The notes beneath the pieces were generated by a model that was not told where the DNA came from, searched no databases, and worked only from the letters and a program-made list of their open reading frames with translations. Positions 36,544 through 49,405 of a stretch of 64,000 nt of DNA are shown one piece after another. Location: assembly GCF_902713615.1 (NCBI RefSeq), contig NC_052154.1, forward strand, positions 39,171,017 through 39,235,016, read 5' to 3'. Positions within the stretch are counted from its first letter, which is position 1, and every line of letters begins with the position of its first letter. A program made the position numbers and the translations under genes. This stretch comes from Scyliorhinus canicula. Lineage: Eukaryota.

Positions 36544-37325
36544 ATGATGAGTGAGTCAGGTGTGGGAATCCAGAAGATAGCAACAGCAGAACCTCAGCCC
36601 TTGCATTTGTCCAACAGGTTTGATGCTCTTGCTGCTTGTGTGGATGAACGCAGAGACTGCAGGGAGGATAGGCAAACTGATCACAACATGCATATATGGG
36701 AGCCATTCAAGTGGGTGAGTAAGAAGGAATTCGTTGTAAAAGGAGACAGCACAGTTAGGGGGTGCATACTATTCTCTGTAATTGAGAGCATGAATCCCGA
36801 CAGGTGTTTTGCCTTTGTGGCGCAAGAGTTAAGAGGACAGCTCCTCGGTGTTCGAGAGTACACAGTAATTACGTACTGTTTGAAACATACATACATGGGC
36901 AATTTTGATCATATAGATTGAACAAATTAAATGTGCAAAGTTAGTCTGAAGGATGAGGTGACATGGTGTACTCAGGACAGTATATATTCTGGAATCAACC
37001 AAGGAGCAGCATATTTTAGTCCTGGTAATGTTTATTGAGACAGAATTAATTAACAATCACATAGTAAAGGATCCACTTTGCAACAGTGAATATGATAGAA
37101 TTTCCCATTCGATATGAATGCAAGAAACTTGTGCCTGAAACTAGTGTTTTAAACTTAAATAAAGGCAATTTCAAGACTATGAAGACAGAGTTGACTAAAG
37201 TGGATTGAGAAAATAGGTTAAAAAGTAAGGCAGTAGAGAAACATTGACACACATTTAAAGAGATATTTCATACTTCTCAACGAAGATGCTTTCGATTGAG
37301 AAAGACAGAGAAGGGTGTGCCATCA
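36544..37325 (+). mobile_element. CR1 5' region remnant (ORF1 esterase-like, start of ORF2)
   Basis: LSNRFDAL and V.GDSTVRG motifs. Confidence 0.65.
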
Positions 37326-37630
37326 TTGCGAGCTGTGTCAGGAAACAGAGGTAGTTTTAAATAATCTATATCTGTATTTGTGGGTATTAGAAATAAGGCA
37401 AAGTTTTAAATAAGTTTAATTTTGTGTTTCTGCATTTGAAAGGGTTACTGACTTCAGTTTGGTTTTGATGCATGCATGGTAATGAGGGTTTACAACGTGA
37501 AAGCAAAAAACGATTTAAAGGAAAACTAGGTTGCCACTTAGGAATCAGCGGCTATCTTAGGACAGAAAGAACTTTTGACCTAGTTGTGAGCTAGAGCCAG
37601 GGAAAACTAGACAGGACAAGGGAGCAGACT

Positions 37631-37810
37631 TGAAATGAATGAAATGAAATGAAAATCGCTTATTGTCACAAGTAGGCTTCAAAAATGAAGTTACTGTGAG
37701 AAGTCCCTAGTCGCCACATTCCGGCGCCTGTTCGGGGAGGCTGTTACGGAAATCGAACCGTGCTGCTGGCTTGCCTTGGTCTGCTTCCAAAACCAGCGAT
37801 TTAGCCCTGT
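37631..37810 (-). mobile_element. short SINE, same family as 35885-36062
   Basis: Near-identical tail and (GAAAT)n on plus. Confidence 0.8.
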
Positions 37811-38601
37811 GACTTCTGAAAAGAACAAAAAGAAGTCCCAAGAACAGGATGTTGGAACATAAAGAAATTCTCAAAAGGACAGTTTAAGTTAAAGGACCTT
37901 ATTTAACAAGAAGTTGAACAAGGTCCTGTTCATGAGAAATCAATTAAAAAGCGACTTCTGGTTTCATCCATGAGCTGAGCTGTCACATGAAAGGTGGCTC
38001 TCTCCAAGAAACTTCTGTTCAAACCCTTTAATCCGTTAAACAGGCACCAAAAGTGCAAAATGTTCCCCGGCTTAACCCCCATCTACTACTTAACTGACCA
38101 GGATGCCAAAGAGCCAGCAACCAGGCCGCAAAACCAGTAAAAGCAGGGAGAGGCAAACCTCAACTCCAGAACAGGGAGACATGCGTAGTCGCCCAGAACG
38201 AAGCATGACGGACCAAACAAGATCACCAATGCCAGCCAGCGTATGATGGAGAAGCTGATGGAGTTCATCACAACAGAGCTCCAGAAGCACAAAGAAGCGG
38301 TGAAAGAGGACCTCATGGTGGCAATGAGGTCAGCAGTAGAGGCTGTGTTGGCCCCATAAAGGAGACAATGGGGCAATTAAAAATCAAAGATGGTGCTCTG
38401 GAGTAAAGAGAAACTGCAAGAAACAGAGTTAAAGATGGTTAGGTCAGAAGCCAGATGTCAGAGATAAATCAAAGGTTTTGTGAAGCAGTCGCGTTCTATT
38501 AGCATGGCTAGGTATTGGAGAGACTGTGTGGAAGCTTGAATGCACATGGGATTCAAGGCAGAGGAATAACAAAAGGAAAGACCAAAATCCAGGAGGTAGA
38601 T

Positions 38602-39603
38602 AAAAGAAAATTACTGCGGATGCTGGAATCTGAAACGAAAGGGAAAATGCTGGAAAATCTCAGCAAGTCTGGCAGCATCTGTAGGGAGAGAAAAGAGCTA
38701 ACGTTTCGAGTCCGATGACTCTTTGTCAAAGCTAGCAGACAGAGAGAGTGGGAAATATTTATACTGTGGAGTAGGAATGAAAGATGAGTCATAGCCACAG
38801 AAACCCAGTGTAACTTGGTGCTAATGGCCACAGAAACCAAGGGGAAGGAGTGCTAATGGCAGTCCCCAGAGAGGACAAAAGATGTGAAAGGTCAAACAGC
38901 AGGGAAACTAACATCAGAGAATGAACTGTAGGTGTGGGGGGAGGGGAAGGGGGAAGCAAAGAGGAGAAAGGTGCAGGAAAGAAAGAAATGGTAAAAGACA
39001 GTTAAAATGAAATGAAAACAAATGGGTCGAGGTGGGGCTGATCATCTGAAGTTGTTGAATTCGATGTTCAGGCCGGAAGGCTGTAGCGTGCCTAACCGGA
39101 AGATGAGATGTTGTTCCTCCAGTTTGCGTTGCGCTTCACTGGAACATTGCAGCAGGCCAAGAACAGACATGTGGGCATGGGAGCAGGGTCTTTTGTTAAA
39201 ATGGCAAGCAACAGGAAGGTCAGGATCCTTAATGCGAACAGACCAAAGATGCTCAGCAAAGCGATCACCCAGTCTGCGTTTGGTCTCTCCAATATAGAGG
39301 AGACCACATTGGGAGCAGCAAATGCAATAGACCAGATTGAAAGAGGTGCAAGTGAAACGCTGCTTAACCTGGAATGAGTGTTTTGGGCCTGGAATGTTAA
39401 GCATGGAAGAGGTAATGGGGCAGGTGTTACACCTTCTGCGATTGCATGGGAAGGTGCCATGGGTGATGGGAGAGGTACTGAGTATGGTGGAGGAGTGGAC
39501 TAGATTGTCTCAGAGGGAACGGTCTCTGCGGAATGCTGACAGAGGGAGTGAAGGAAAGATGTGTTTGGTGATGGCATCACGCTGGAGTTGGCGGAAATGG
39601 CGG
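38602..39603 (-). mobile_element. Penelope-like retroelement 3' part (GIY-YIG endonuclease + pseudo-LTR)
   Basis: VKQRFTCTSFNLVYCICCSQCGLLYIGETKRRLGDRFAEH...GLNIEF (ORF 39042-39404). Confidence 0.9.
38696..38733 (-). ncRNA. minimal hammerhead ribozyme motif (U3-A8 variant) in the Penelope terminal repeat
   Basis: Minus strand AGCT-TTGACAA-A-GAGTC(ATCG)GACTC-GAAA-CGTT-AGCT. Confidence 0.65.
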
Positions 39604-42600
39604 GGGGGGGGAAGATGATCTGCTCTCAGGGAAGGGGTCGGGGGTGGGAGCTGCCAAGAGGCGGACCGGGGAGGCGCGGCTGATGGGCAGGGGGTGGGCC
39701 CAAGAAGGGGAATGGCTGATCGGCGTTGGGGGGGGGCGGACAGGGTGCCCTCCAACCAGGCTGATCACCTGGAATGTTAGAGGATTAAACGGGCCGGTCA
39801 AGAGGACACGTGTGTTCGTGCACTTACGGGCTCTGAAGGCGGATGTAATGTTGCTGCAGGAGACGCATTTGAAAGTGGCGGACCAGATTAGATTACGGAA
39901 GGGCTGGGTTAGCCAGGTCTTCCATTCGGGGCTTGACGCTAAGACCTGAGGGGTGGCGATCATGATTAACAAACAGGTTAAGTTTGAGGCGGACAGCACA
40001 GTTGCAGACGGGTGGGGTAGATTTCTCATGGTCCGGGGCAAGCTTGAGGGGGTGAAGGTGGTCCTAGCGAATGTTTACGCTCCAAACTGGGATGATGTAG
40101 ATTTCATCAAAAGGCTGCTGGGGAAAATCCCCGACTTGGATTCGCACAAGTTGATTATGGGTGGGGACTTTAATACAGTCCTCGACCCCGACCGGTCGTG
40201 CTCCAGAACGGGCAGGGTCCCGGCAATGGCAAGAGAACTGAGAGGGTTCATGGAACAAATGGGGGGAGGGGGGGGAAGACCCCTGGAGAATCAGCCGGCC
40301 GACGGGGAAGGAGTTCTCGTTCTATTCACATGTTCACAAGGTTTATTCTCGTATTGACTTCTTTATTATGAGTAGGGACTTTTTGGAGGGGGTGAGGGAT
40401 ACAGAATACTCGCCGATCACTATTTCGGACCACGCTGCACATTGGGTCGACCTGCTGGTCTGCAAAGAAAGTTACCAGCCCCCACAATGGAGGTTAGAGG
40501 TGGGATTATTGGCAGAGGAGAGGGTGTGTGAGAGAGTGGGGAAATGCGTGCAGGACTACCTCCAGGTCAATGATACAGGGGAAGTCTCAGCAGCGGTGCT
40601 CTGGGAGGCGCTGAAGACGGTGGTGAGAGGGGAACTGATCTTAATCCGAGCCCATAGGGACAGAACGGACAGGGCAGAGATGGACAGACTGGTGCAGGAG
40701 ATGACACGGACGGATAGGGAATATGCGGACTCCCCGAGGGCAGAGCTACTTAGGGAACAACGGAGACTGCAGGCGGTGCTGGGAGCGCTATCCACTGGGA
40801 AGGCCATAGAGCAACTCAGAAAGGCCAGGGGTGCGGTGTAGGAGTATGGGGAGAAAGCCAGCAGAATGCTTGCACAGCAACTTAGGAAGAGGGAGGCGGC
40901 CAGGGAGATAGGGACAGTAGTGGACGGGGCAGGGAACCGGGTGTGAGACCCAGCAGGACTGAACAGGGTATTCAGGGACTTTTACAGTAAGCTGTATACC
41001 TCGGAACTCCCCCACGGGGCCGGAGGGGATGAGGCGCTTCTTAGATGGGGTGACCTTCCCAAAGGTGGGTAGAGGGGTTGGGGGCCCCAATTAGAGCTGA
41101 AGAAATAATGGGGGGCCTGAAGGCCACGCAGTCGGGTAAAGCCCCCGGAGGGCAGAGAGGTGGAGGTAGTGGTGGCAATGGATGCCGAAAAGGCTTTTGA
41201 CTGGGTGGAGTGGGACTATTTATGGGAGGTGCTGGGACGGTTTGGGTTTGGAGAGGGCTTTGTGGACTGGGTTAAACTGCTACATCAGGCCCCGGAGGCT
41301 AGTGTAAGGACGAACAGGACGACATCTGAGTATTTTAGACTACACCGCGGGACAAGACAACGATGCCCCCTCTCTCCGCTGCTGTTTGCGTTGGCCATAG
41401 AACCGCTGGCAATTGCTCTGAGAGCAGCAAGGGGATGGTCAGGGGGGGGGGGGGGGGGGGGGGGGGGGGGAATAGAACACAAGGTCTCGCTCTATGCGGA
41501 TGACCTGCTTTTGTATGTGTCAGATCTGATTGGGGGGGGGGGGGGGGGCGTGGAAAAGAATGGAGATAGCGTCTTGTAGAGGTACGAGCCTGGGTGTCTT
41601 GGTAACGGCGCCGCTGCCGCTCTCTCCTAAGAGGTATACCACGAGCCCGGTGGTGGCGGCGACCCTAAGAATCTGGGGACAGTGGAGACGGCACAGGGGC
41701 GAAACAGGGGGCTCGATGGAGGCTCCATTAGGTGGAAACCATCGATTCATCCCGGGGAACACCGAGGGGGGATTTAGGGGGTGGTATAGGGTGGGCATTA
41801 GTAAATTGAGGGACCTGTTTATTGGCGGGAGGTTTGCAGGCCTGGGGGAACTGGAAGATAAATTTGGGCTCCCCCAAGGGAACATGTTCAGATACTTGCA
41901 GGTAAAGGCGTTTGCCAGGCGACAGGTGGAGGCATTTCCTTTGCTGCCCTCGCGGAGGGCGATGGACAGAGTGCTTTCGGGGGTGTGGGTCGGAGAAGGG
42001 AAGGTGTCTGACATTTATAAGGTAATGCAGGAGGTGGAGGAGTCGCCAGTGGAGGAGCTGAAGGCTAAATGGGAGGGGGAACTAGGGGAGCAGATAGAGG
42101 ATGGGACTTGGGCGGATGCCTTGGAGAGAGTCAACTCTTCCTCTTCCTGTGCGAGGCTTAGTCTCATCCAATTTAAGGTGCTGCATCGGGCCCATATGTC
42201 TGTGACTCGGATGAGTAGGTTCTTTGGGGGTGAGGACAGGAGCACCAGGTGTTCGGGGAGTCCAGCGAATCATGCCCATATGTTCTGGGCATGCCCGGCA
42301 CTGGAAGAATTCTGGAAGGGGGTGGCGGGGTCGGTGTCGAGGGTGGTTGGATCCAGGGTCAAAACAGGTTGGGGACTCGCGATTTTTGGAGTTGCGGCGG
42401 AGCCGGGCGTGCAGGAGGCGAAAGAGGCCGGTATTCTGGCCTTTGCGTCCCTAGTAGCCCGGCGGAGGATCTTGATGCAGTGGAAAGATGCGAGGCCCCC
42501 AAGTGTGGAGACCTGGATCAGTGACATGGCGGGATTTATAAAATTGGAGAGGGTCAAATTTGCCCTGAGAGGATCAATACAAGGGTTCTATAAACGGTGG

Positions 42601-44688
42601 CAGCCTTTTCTGGACTTTCTGGCTCAAAGATAGGTATCTTGGAAAGGAGGGTGTTATTTATTGTTTCTACTGTTTATATTTTTTCTTTATTTTTTCTATG
42701 GTTACTTAACTTAATATTGTGTTAATTTAAGTTGTTGTTAATATGTTTTGTTGTTCATTGACGATAGGCGAATGTTTATGTCTGTTATCATTATTGTTAT
42801 TGTTGGTATTTTATTGCGGTTTGTTGTTATATAATACAAAATTTTTCAATAAAATTATTTTAAAAAAAATTGTATGTGGCAGATCAAGCGGCAGGGATGG
42901 ACGGGATTATGGAAATCCTAGGGGAGTTTGGCCGGTTTTCGGGCTACAAGTTGAACATGGCAAAAAGTGAGATGTTTGTGCTGCAGGCGAGGGGTCAGGA
43001 GAATAGGCTGAGGGAGCTACCATTTTGGCTGGTTGGGGAAAGTTTTAGGTATCTAGGATACAAGTGGCGCGCGACTGGGGTAAGATGCATAAGTTGAACT
43101 TGTCCAGGCTGGTGGAGAAAATGAGGAGCGAGTTTCGGAGGTGGGATGCACTCCCGCTGTCACTAGCGGGGAGAGTACAGACGGTGAAGATGACGATCCT
43201 CCCGAGATTCCTGTTTATTTTTCAGTGTCTCCCTATTTTCATTCCGTGGTCCTTCTTTAAAAGAATCAATAAAATCATCCTGGGATTTGTTTGGGTGGGG
43301 AAGTCCCCGCGGGTAAAGAGGGGGATGCTGGAATGGACCCATAGCGAGGGGGGACTGGCGTTGCCAAACCTCAGCAACTACTACTGGGCGGCTAACATAG
43401 CCATGATAAGGAAATGGATGGTGGGTACGGGGTCGGTTTGGGAGCGGGTGGAGGCTGCTTCGTGCAGGGGCACCAGCTTGGCAGCCCTGGTCACGGCTCC
43501 CATGCTGCTCCCACTGGCCAGGTAGTCCACCAGCCCTATAGTGGTGGCGGTTTTGGGGCCAATGGAGGAAGCATGCGGGGGAAGTAGGAGCGTCGGTCTG
43601 GTCCCCAATATGTGACAACCACCGATTTGTCCCGGGGAAGATGGATGGCGGGTTTCGAGCGTGGCGGAGGTGGGAAGGATGGGCGATTTGTTCCTGGAAG
43701 GGAGCTTCGCGAACATGAGGGCGCTGGAGGAGAAGTTCGGGCTGGCGAGGGGGAATGACTTTCGGTACTTGCAGGTGCGGGATTTCGTACATAGGCAGGT
43801 CCCGCCCTTTCCACGCCTTCCACCAAGGGGGATCCAGGACAGGGTAATTTCCAGGGGTGAGGTAGGAGAGGGGAGAGTCTCAGATATTTATAAATAGCTT
43901 ATGGGAGCAGAGGACACAGGGACCGAGGAACTGAAACTTAAGTGGGAGGAGGAGCTTGGTGGGGAGTTGGAGGGCGGCGTATGGGCAGACGCTCTGAGGA
44001 GGGTAAATGCAACCGCAACATGTGCCAGGCTCGGCCTGATTCAGTTCAAGGTGGTTCACCGGGCCCACATGACGGTGGCCTGGATGAGCAAATTCTTTGG
44101 GCTGGAGGACAAGTGTGCTAGATGTGGGGGAGGGCCAGCGAACCATGTCCACATGTTCTGGGCGTGTCCAAAACTCAGGGGATACTGGCAGGGATTTGCG
44201 GACATCATATCCCGGGTACTGAAAACAAGGGTGGCGATGAGTCTAGAGGTGGCAATTTTTGGGGTGTCGGAAGACCCGGGAGTACAGGAGTTGATAGAGG
44301 CCGACGTTGTGGCCTTTGCTTCCCTGATAGCCCGGCGACGAATACTATTGGCCTGGAGGGACTCAAAGCCCCCAAGGACCGAAGTATGGCTGTCGGACAT
44401 GGCAAGCTTTCTCGGCTTGGAAAAAATCAAGTTCACCTTACGAGGATCACTATCAGGGTTCGCCCGGAGGTGGCAACCATTCATCGACTTCTTTGCGGGG
44501 AACTAATCGTCAGCGGGGGGGGGGGGTAGAATAGTATAGAGTAGGGGGGAAGAATAGGCGGGTCTATCTGCAAGAGTGGTACTGTTATTTGCACTATGTT
44601 TTTTGTAATTGGTATCTGCACACTAATGTATATTGTTACTGTTTACAATGCCAAAAACACCTCAATAAAATTCTCTGTTAAAAAAAAA
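39604..44688 (+). mobile_element. 5'-truncated, internally deleted L1 (second subfamily) containing a nested L1
   Basis: EN, RT and CCHC motifs in broken frames (39644-44506); AATAAA and A-tail at ~44664-44688. Confidence 0.9.
41527..42869 (+). mobile_element. 5'-truncated L1 nested in an L1
   Basis: TSD TTGTATGTG(T/G)CAGATC at 41511-41526 and 42870-42885; intact 367-aa ORF2 C-terminus close to the 31370 ORF2. Confidence 0.9.
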
Positions 44689-45116
44689 TGGAAAGTTGGG
44701 CAAACAAATCCAGATCACCCTGGATGAAAAAGGAGATAGAAATTAAGGTAAAGAAGAAAAAGTGTGCACCGGACAGATGTCAAGTAGAAATAGAATTGAG
44801 AACTAAGAGAAATATAGAAGGGTCAGAGGCTTGAAAAGGCAAAGATGGATTATGACAGCCAATAAGTCTTCCATAGACATATAAATAGTAAAAGGGTGAT
44901 AAGTGGAGTAGGGTCCATTAGGAACCTAAAAAGGAATTTACACATGAAGGCAGGGAGCTTGACTGAGATATTAAATGAATACTTTTGCATCTGTCTTTTC
45001 CATGAAGGTTGGTGTTCTCCAGGCCACGGTGACAGAGGAAACTCTATCACTAGAAGGATTCAAAATTGAAAGGAAGGAGTGTTAGGCAGACTGGTACCTA
45101 AAGGATACTGAAGCAA

Positions 45117-45500
45117 AACCAGGGTGGGGACTCGCGATTTTTGGAGTTGCGGTAGAGCCGGGAGTGCAGGAGGCGAAAGAGGCCGGTGTCCTGGCCTTTG
45201 CGTCCCTAGTAGCCCGTCGAAGGATTCTGTTACAATGGAAGGATGCAAGGCCCCCAAGCGTAGAGACCTGGATCAGTGACATGGCCGGGGGGGGGGGGGG
45301 GGGGGGGGGGTGCATTATTGTAGTGTTTATTCTGTAACTTTATAGTGTGTTAATTTGCGTTGTTGTTAAAATGCTGGGTTGTTCATGGGGATGGGGCGAA
45401 TGTATATGATTGTTAATATTATTGTTATTTTCAGTATTTTACTAAGGTGCGTCAATGTTGTATAAAATCAAAATTTCTCAATAAAAATTATTTAAAAAGA
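45117..45500 (+). mobile_element. short L1 3' fragment with 17-bp TSD (1 mismatch)
   Basis: AAAGGATACTG(A/G)AGCAA at 45100-45116 and 45501-45517. Confidence 0.88.
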
Positions 45501-46297
45501 AAAGGATACTGGAGCAATGAGAGTGGAAATTGAAGCGACACTGGCCATAATCTTTCAGTCTATTGCAGACTTAGGGGAGGTGACAGAGGGCAGGAGAATT
45601 GCAAACATTATGTCCTTGTTCAAAATAGGTTGTAAGGATAAGCCCAGCAATTACTGACCAGTCAGTTTAACTTCAGTGGTGGGGAAGCTTCTAGAAACAA
45701 TTATTTGGGATAGAATTAGTAGCCACATTTAAAAATGTCAGTTGATTCAGAAGAGAAAACATGGATTTCTAAAGGGAATTTCTAAAGATTAACTAACTTG
45801 TTTGAGTTTTTTGAAGAGGTAGCAGAAAGGGTCAAAGTGGGTAATGCTGTTGATGTAGTATGCATGGACATTCAAAAGGCAGTCTATAAAGTGCCTTGTG
45901 AGAAAACTTATAGCTCATGGAATAAAAGGGACAGTAATAACGAGAATGCAAAATTAGCTGAAAAGTAGGAAACAGAATAATGGTCAATAAATAGTTTTCG
46001 GGCTGGTAGAATATTTGTAGTGGAATTCCCCAGGAGTCGGTATTGGGACCCTTGTTTTTCCCGATATATATTAATTATCTAAATCTTGGTGTCCAGGGGA
46101 CAATTTCAAAGTCTGCATGCGCCACAAAATTTTGAAGCATTGTAAACTATGAGAAGGGAAATGGTTGAAGGTGGACGACAGGTGGAGAGAGCATTAATAA
46201 AGCATATAGTACCTTGGGCTTTATGAATAGGGCCATAGAGTACAAAAACAAGGAGGTTTTGCTGAACTTATACAAGTCACTAGTCAGGCCTTAACAG

Positions 46298-46501
46298 GAG
46301 GTAGCAGAAAGGGTCAAAGTAGGTAATGCTGTTGATGTAGTATGCATGGACATTCAAAAGGCAGTCTATAAAGTGCCTTGTGAGAAAACTTATAGCTCAT
46401 GGAATAAAAGGGACAGTAATAACGAGAATGCAAAATTAGCTGAGAAGTAGGAAACAGAATAATGGTCAATATATAGTTTTCGGGCTGGTAGAATATTTGT
46501 A
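46298..46501 (+). repeat. 204-bp local duplicate of 45816-46019
   Basis: Direct alignment shows 3 substitutions. Confidence 0.9.
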
Positions 46502-47757
46502 CAGTTCTGGGTGCTATAAGAAGGATGTGAACACATTGGAGAGAGTGCAGGTTTACAATAATGGTTCCAGTAATGAGATCCTTGGGTTATATGGGCAGAT
46601 TGGAGAGGTGGAACTGTTTTCCTTGGAGAGAAGGCTAAGAGGAGATTTGACAGAGGTGTTCAAAATCATGAGGCGGTTGGACAGAGTAGATTGGGAGAAA
46701 TTGCTCCCACTTATAAAGGGATTGAGTATGAGAGGGCACAGATTTAAAGTAATTTGCAAAAGAAGCAAATGTGGTGTGAGAAAAGTCTTTTCACACTGCG
46801 AGTGGTTCGGGTCTGGAATGCCAAGTGTGGTGCAGGCAGGTTGAATTGAAGCATTCAAAAGAGCATTAGGTGATTATTTGAATTGAAACAAAGTACAAGA
46901 ATACAGGGAAAAGGCAGTCGAATGACAATAAATCATAATGCTCATTTGTGGAGAACCGGTGCAGACAAATGGGCCAAATGGGTTCCTTTTGCGCAATAAC
47001 ACGTCCGTGATTCTGCAGATACAGCATGTAATTAGGAAGACAAATGGAACATGGGCCTTTATTGGAAGGGGAATGGAGTATAAAAATAGGGGAATCTTGC
47101 TACAAATGGACAGGGCATTGGTGGCACTACAACTGGTTTACTATGTACAGTTTCGGTTTCCTTACATAGAGGGATGTATTTGAATTGGAAGAAGTTCAGA
47201 GAAGGTTCACCGGGCTGATTCCTGGGCGAAAGGGTTGTCTTAAAGGGTTGTCTTATGAGGAATGGTTGAGCAGGTTGGGCCTGTATTCTTTGGAGTTCAG
47301 AAGAATGGTAAGTGATTTTATCAAAACAAATAGTATTCTGAGGGGGCTTGACAAGGTAGATTATGGGATGATGTTTCCCCTTGAGGGAGAATCTGGAATT
47401 AGTGGGCACATTTTAAAAATAAGAGGACTCCTGTTTAGAACAGACATGAGGAAGATTTACTTTCTCTCAGAGTGCCGCTAATCTTGGAGCTGTGTAACCC
47501 AAAGGGCAGTAGAGGCTGGGTCATTGAATATATTCAAGACTGAGCCAGACAGAGTTTTGATCTACTAGGGAGTAAAGGGTGTGGGAGGCCAACAAGAAAA
47601 GAGAGTTAAGGTCACAATCAAATCAGCCATGAGCGTATTGAATGGAAAAACAGCTTCAGGTAGTCAAATAGCTTATTCCTTCCTGCTTCTATTTCTTAAC
47701 TTATATTTTTTATCATTGTCCTCCTCTGAAAAATGGTTAACATTTTGTCCTTCTTAC

Positions 47758-47783
47758 CTTAGACGTTTGAACTGGAGATTGTT
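47758..47783 (-). CDS. CEP89: probable CEP89 small exon (26 nt, (E)QSPVQTSK)
   Basis: Strong acceptor ctctttttctcttgcag| and donor AAG|gtaag. Phase 1/0 fits the neighbours. Confidence 0.78.
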
Positions 47784-49247
47784 CTGCAAGAGAAAAAGAG
47801 TTTCAAAATCATTTTGCAAACTGCTAAATGATCAGTTGCTAAATATAAGATTTTGCGTACAAGATAGTGATGGAGTTGAGTGGGGTAGTTCATAAATTCA
47901 CTCCACAATCCAACCGCTAGCCAAAGACTGTAATAACACTAGTTGAATGGGAAATATGGAAATAGCAATTTGCAAATATGAATGCTGTCACAAAAGTGTG
48001 CCCGTGTATCACGACAAGCAGCAGCAAAGCTTGTGGGCAGTGTAGACGCTGCAAGTGTTTTCTTAATATTTCTTTGATGCTGTAAAGAGAAAAGTATGGA
48101 AGTGGCCACACTCTAGATTCTTGTAAAATACGATGAGAAGTTTATTAAGGGTGTTGCTCAATACAATCTGCTCAACGCTCTGTTGGTATCACTATACATC
48201 ATGCAGCACCAGCAAGAATGTATTCCCAGGTACATAACACTCCACTCTCTTTACTTAAGTAGTGCAATAACAACAATTCACATTTATACAACAGATTGCC
48301 TGATACATTATTTCTATACATAGAGACAATTCAATAAGACAGTCACTGTGGTGGAATTCCTTTTTGGTAGCATTCGGTGTTCTTGAATTCAGCTACTTGC
48401 AACCTCAGAACTATCCTCGTTCCTTTATGTAGATAGCACTTCTTGAGTAGTTGTTTCACTATCTATCGCTATAGGCAGTGAAAAGTCCACAGAAACAGAA
48501 TCCGAACTCACCACTGTCTTTGTTCGCCACTTCAAAGTATAGTTCTTTGGATCTTCTGACTGTAGAACCTCTTGAAACATTTCTGCAAATTCACTTTGTG
48601 CAGCAAGTAACTAATCAGCAAGACAACACCAAACTCGTTCATCATCCATCTGTTCAGTGTACAATATTGGACCTGTCTTTGCTAGGATCCTTGTTGGTGG
48701 TGTAGCTCCAAGCTAACACTCTCTCCCTGATTGAGTACTCACTTTTCAGAGATTTCCTCCCTCCTAGATATTTGTGCTTGTTGTTGTCGTGGTTTGACAA
48801 TCTCTGAAGTATCAGGTGGAGTTAACAAATCAAACTGTGTTCGTAATTTTCTCTTAAACAGCAGCATTGCCGGTGACCTTTGCATGGTAGCATGTACAGT
48901 GTTCCAGTAAGATATTAGAAATTTGTTTGCTCTTCCTGATAATATCCCCTGAACCTTCAAAGCCTTGACAGAAGGCTTTAATGATTGCAAACATTCAGCC
49001 AATCCATTCGTTGCTGGATGGTATGGAGTTGACTTGATATGATGTATAGCGTTCCCTTTCAAATAGTCCTCAAACTCCTTCGAAGTAAATTGTATACCAT
49101 TATCACTGACAATCTGCTCCAATGTTTCAAATCTTTTGAAATTGTGTCTAGCTTTTCAATGATATATAATGCCATTTCCACAGATATAATGGTGAAGTGT
49201 TCCTTAGTTTTGCACAAGATTGGCATTGGCCAACTTTCTCTTCGATT

Positions 49248-49368
49248 TCTTTTTTTTATAAATGTATTTTTACCAAACGTATATGAAAAGTTACAACACA
49301 TAAACAGTTCGGGAAACAAACTTCCCCACACACAACCATACAGCGTGTACACATTTTTCCCCTTTTTC

Positions 49369-49405
<37 letters not shown>

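Larger units (their letters stand above)
44690..47690 (+). mobile_element. decayed CR1 LINE pieces (two 3' ends)
   Basis: PVSLTSVVGKLLE, GIPQESVLGP, LERRLRGDL, LGLYSLEFRR motifs. Confidence 0.8.

Noticed and set aside
37330-38600. Possible additional LTR-like repeat around the SINE and L1 ORF1 scrap
   Set aside because: No defensible boundaries, TSD or second copy in the window.
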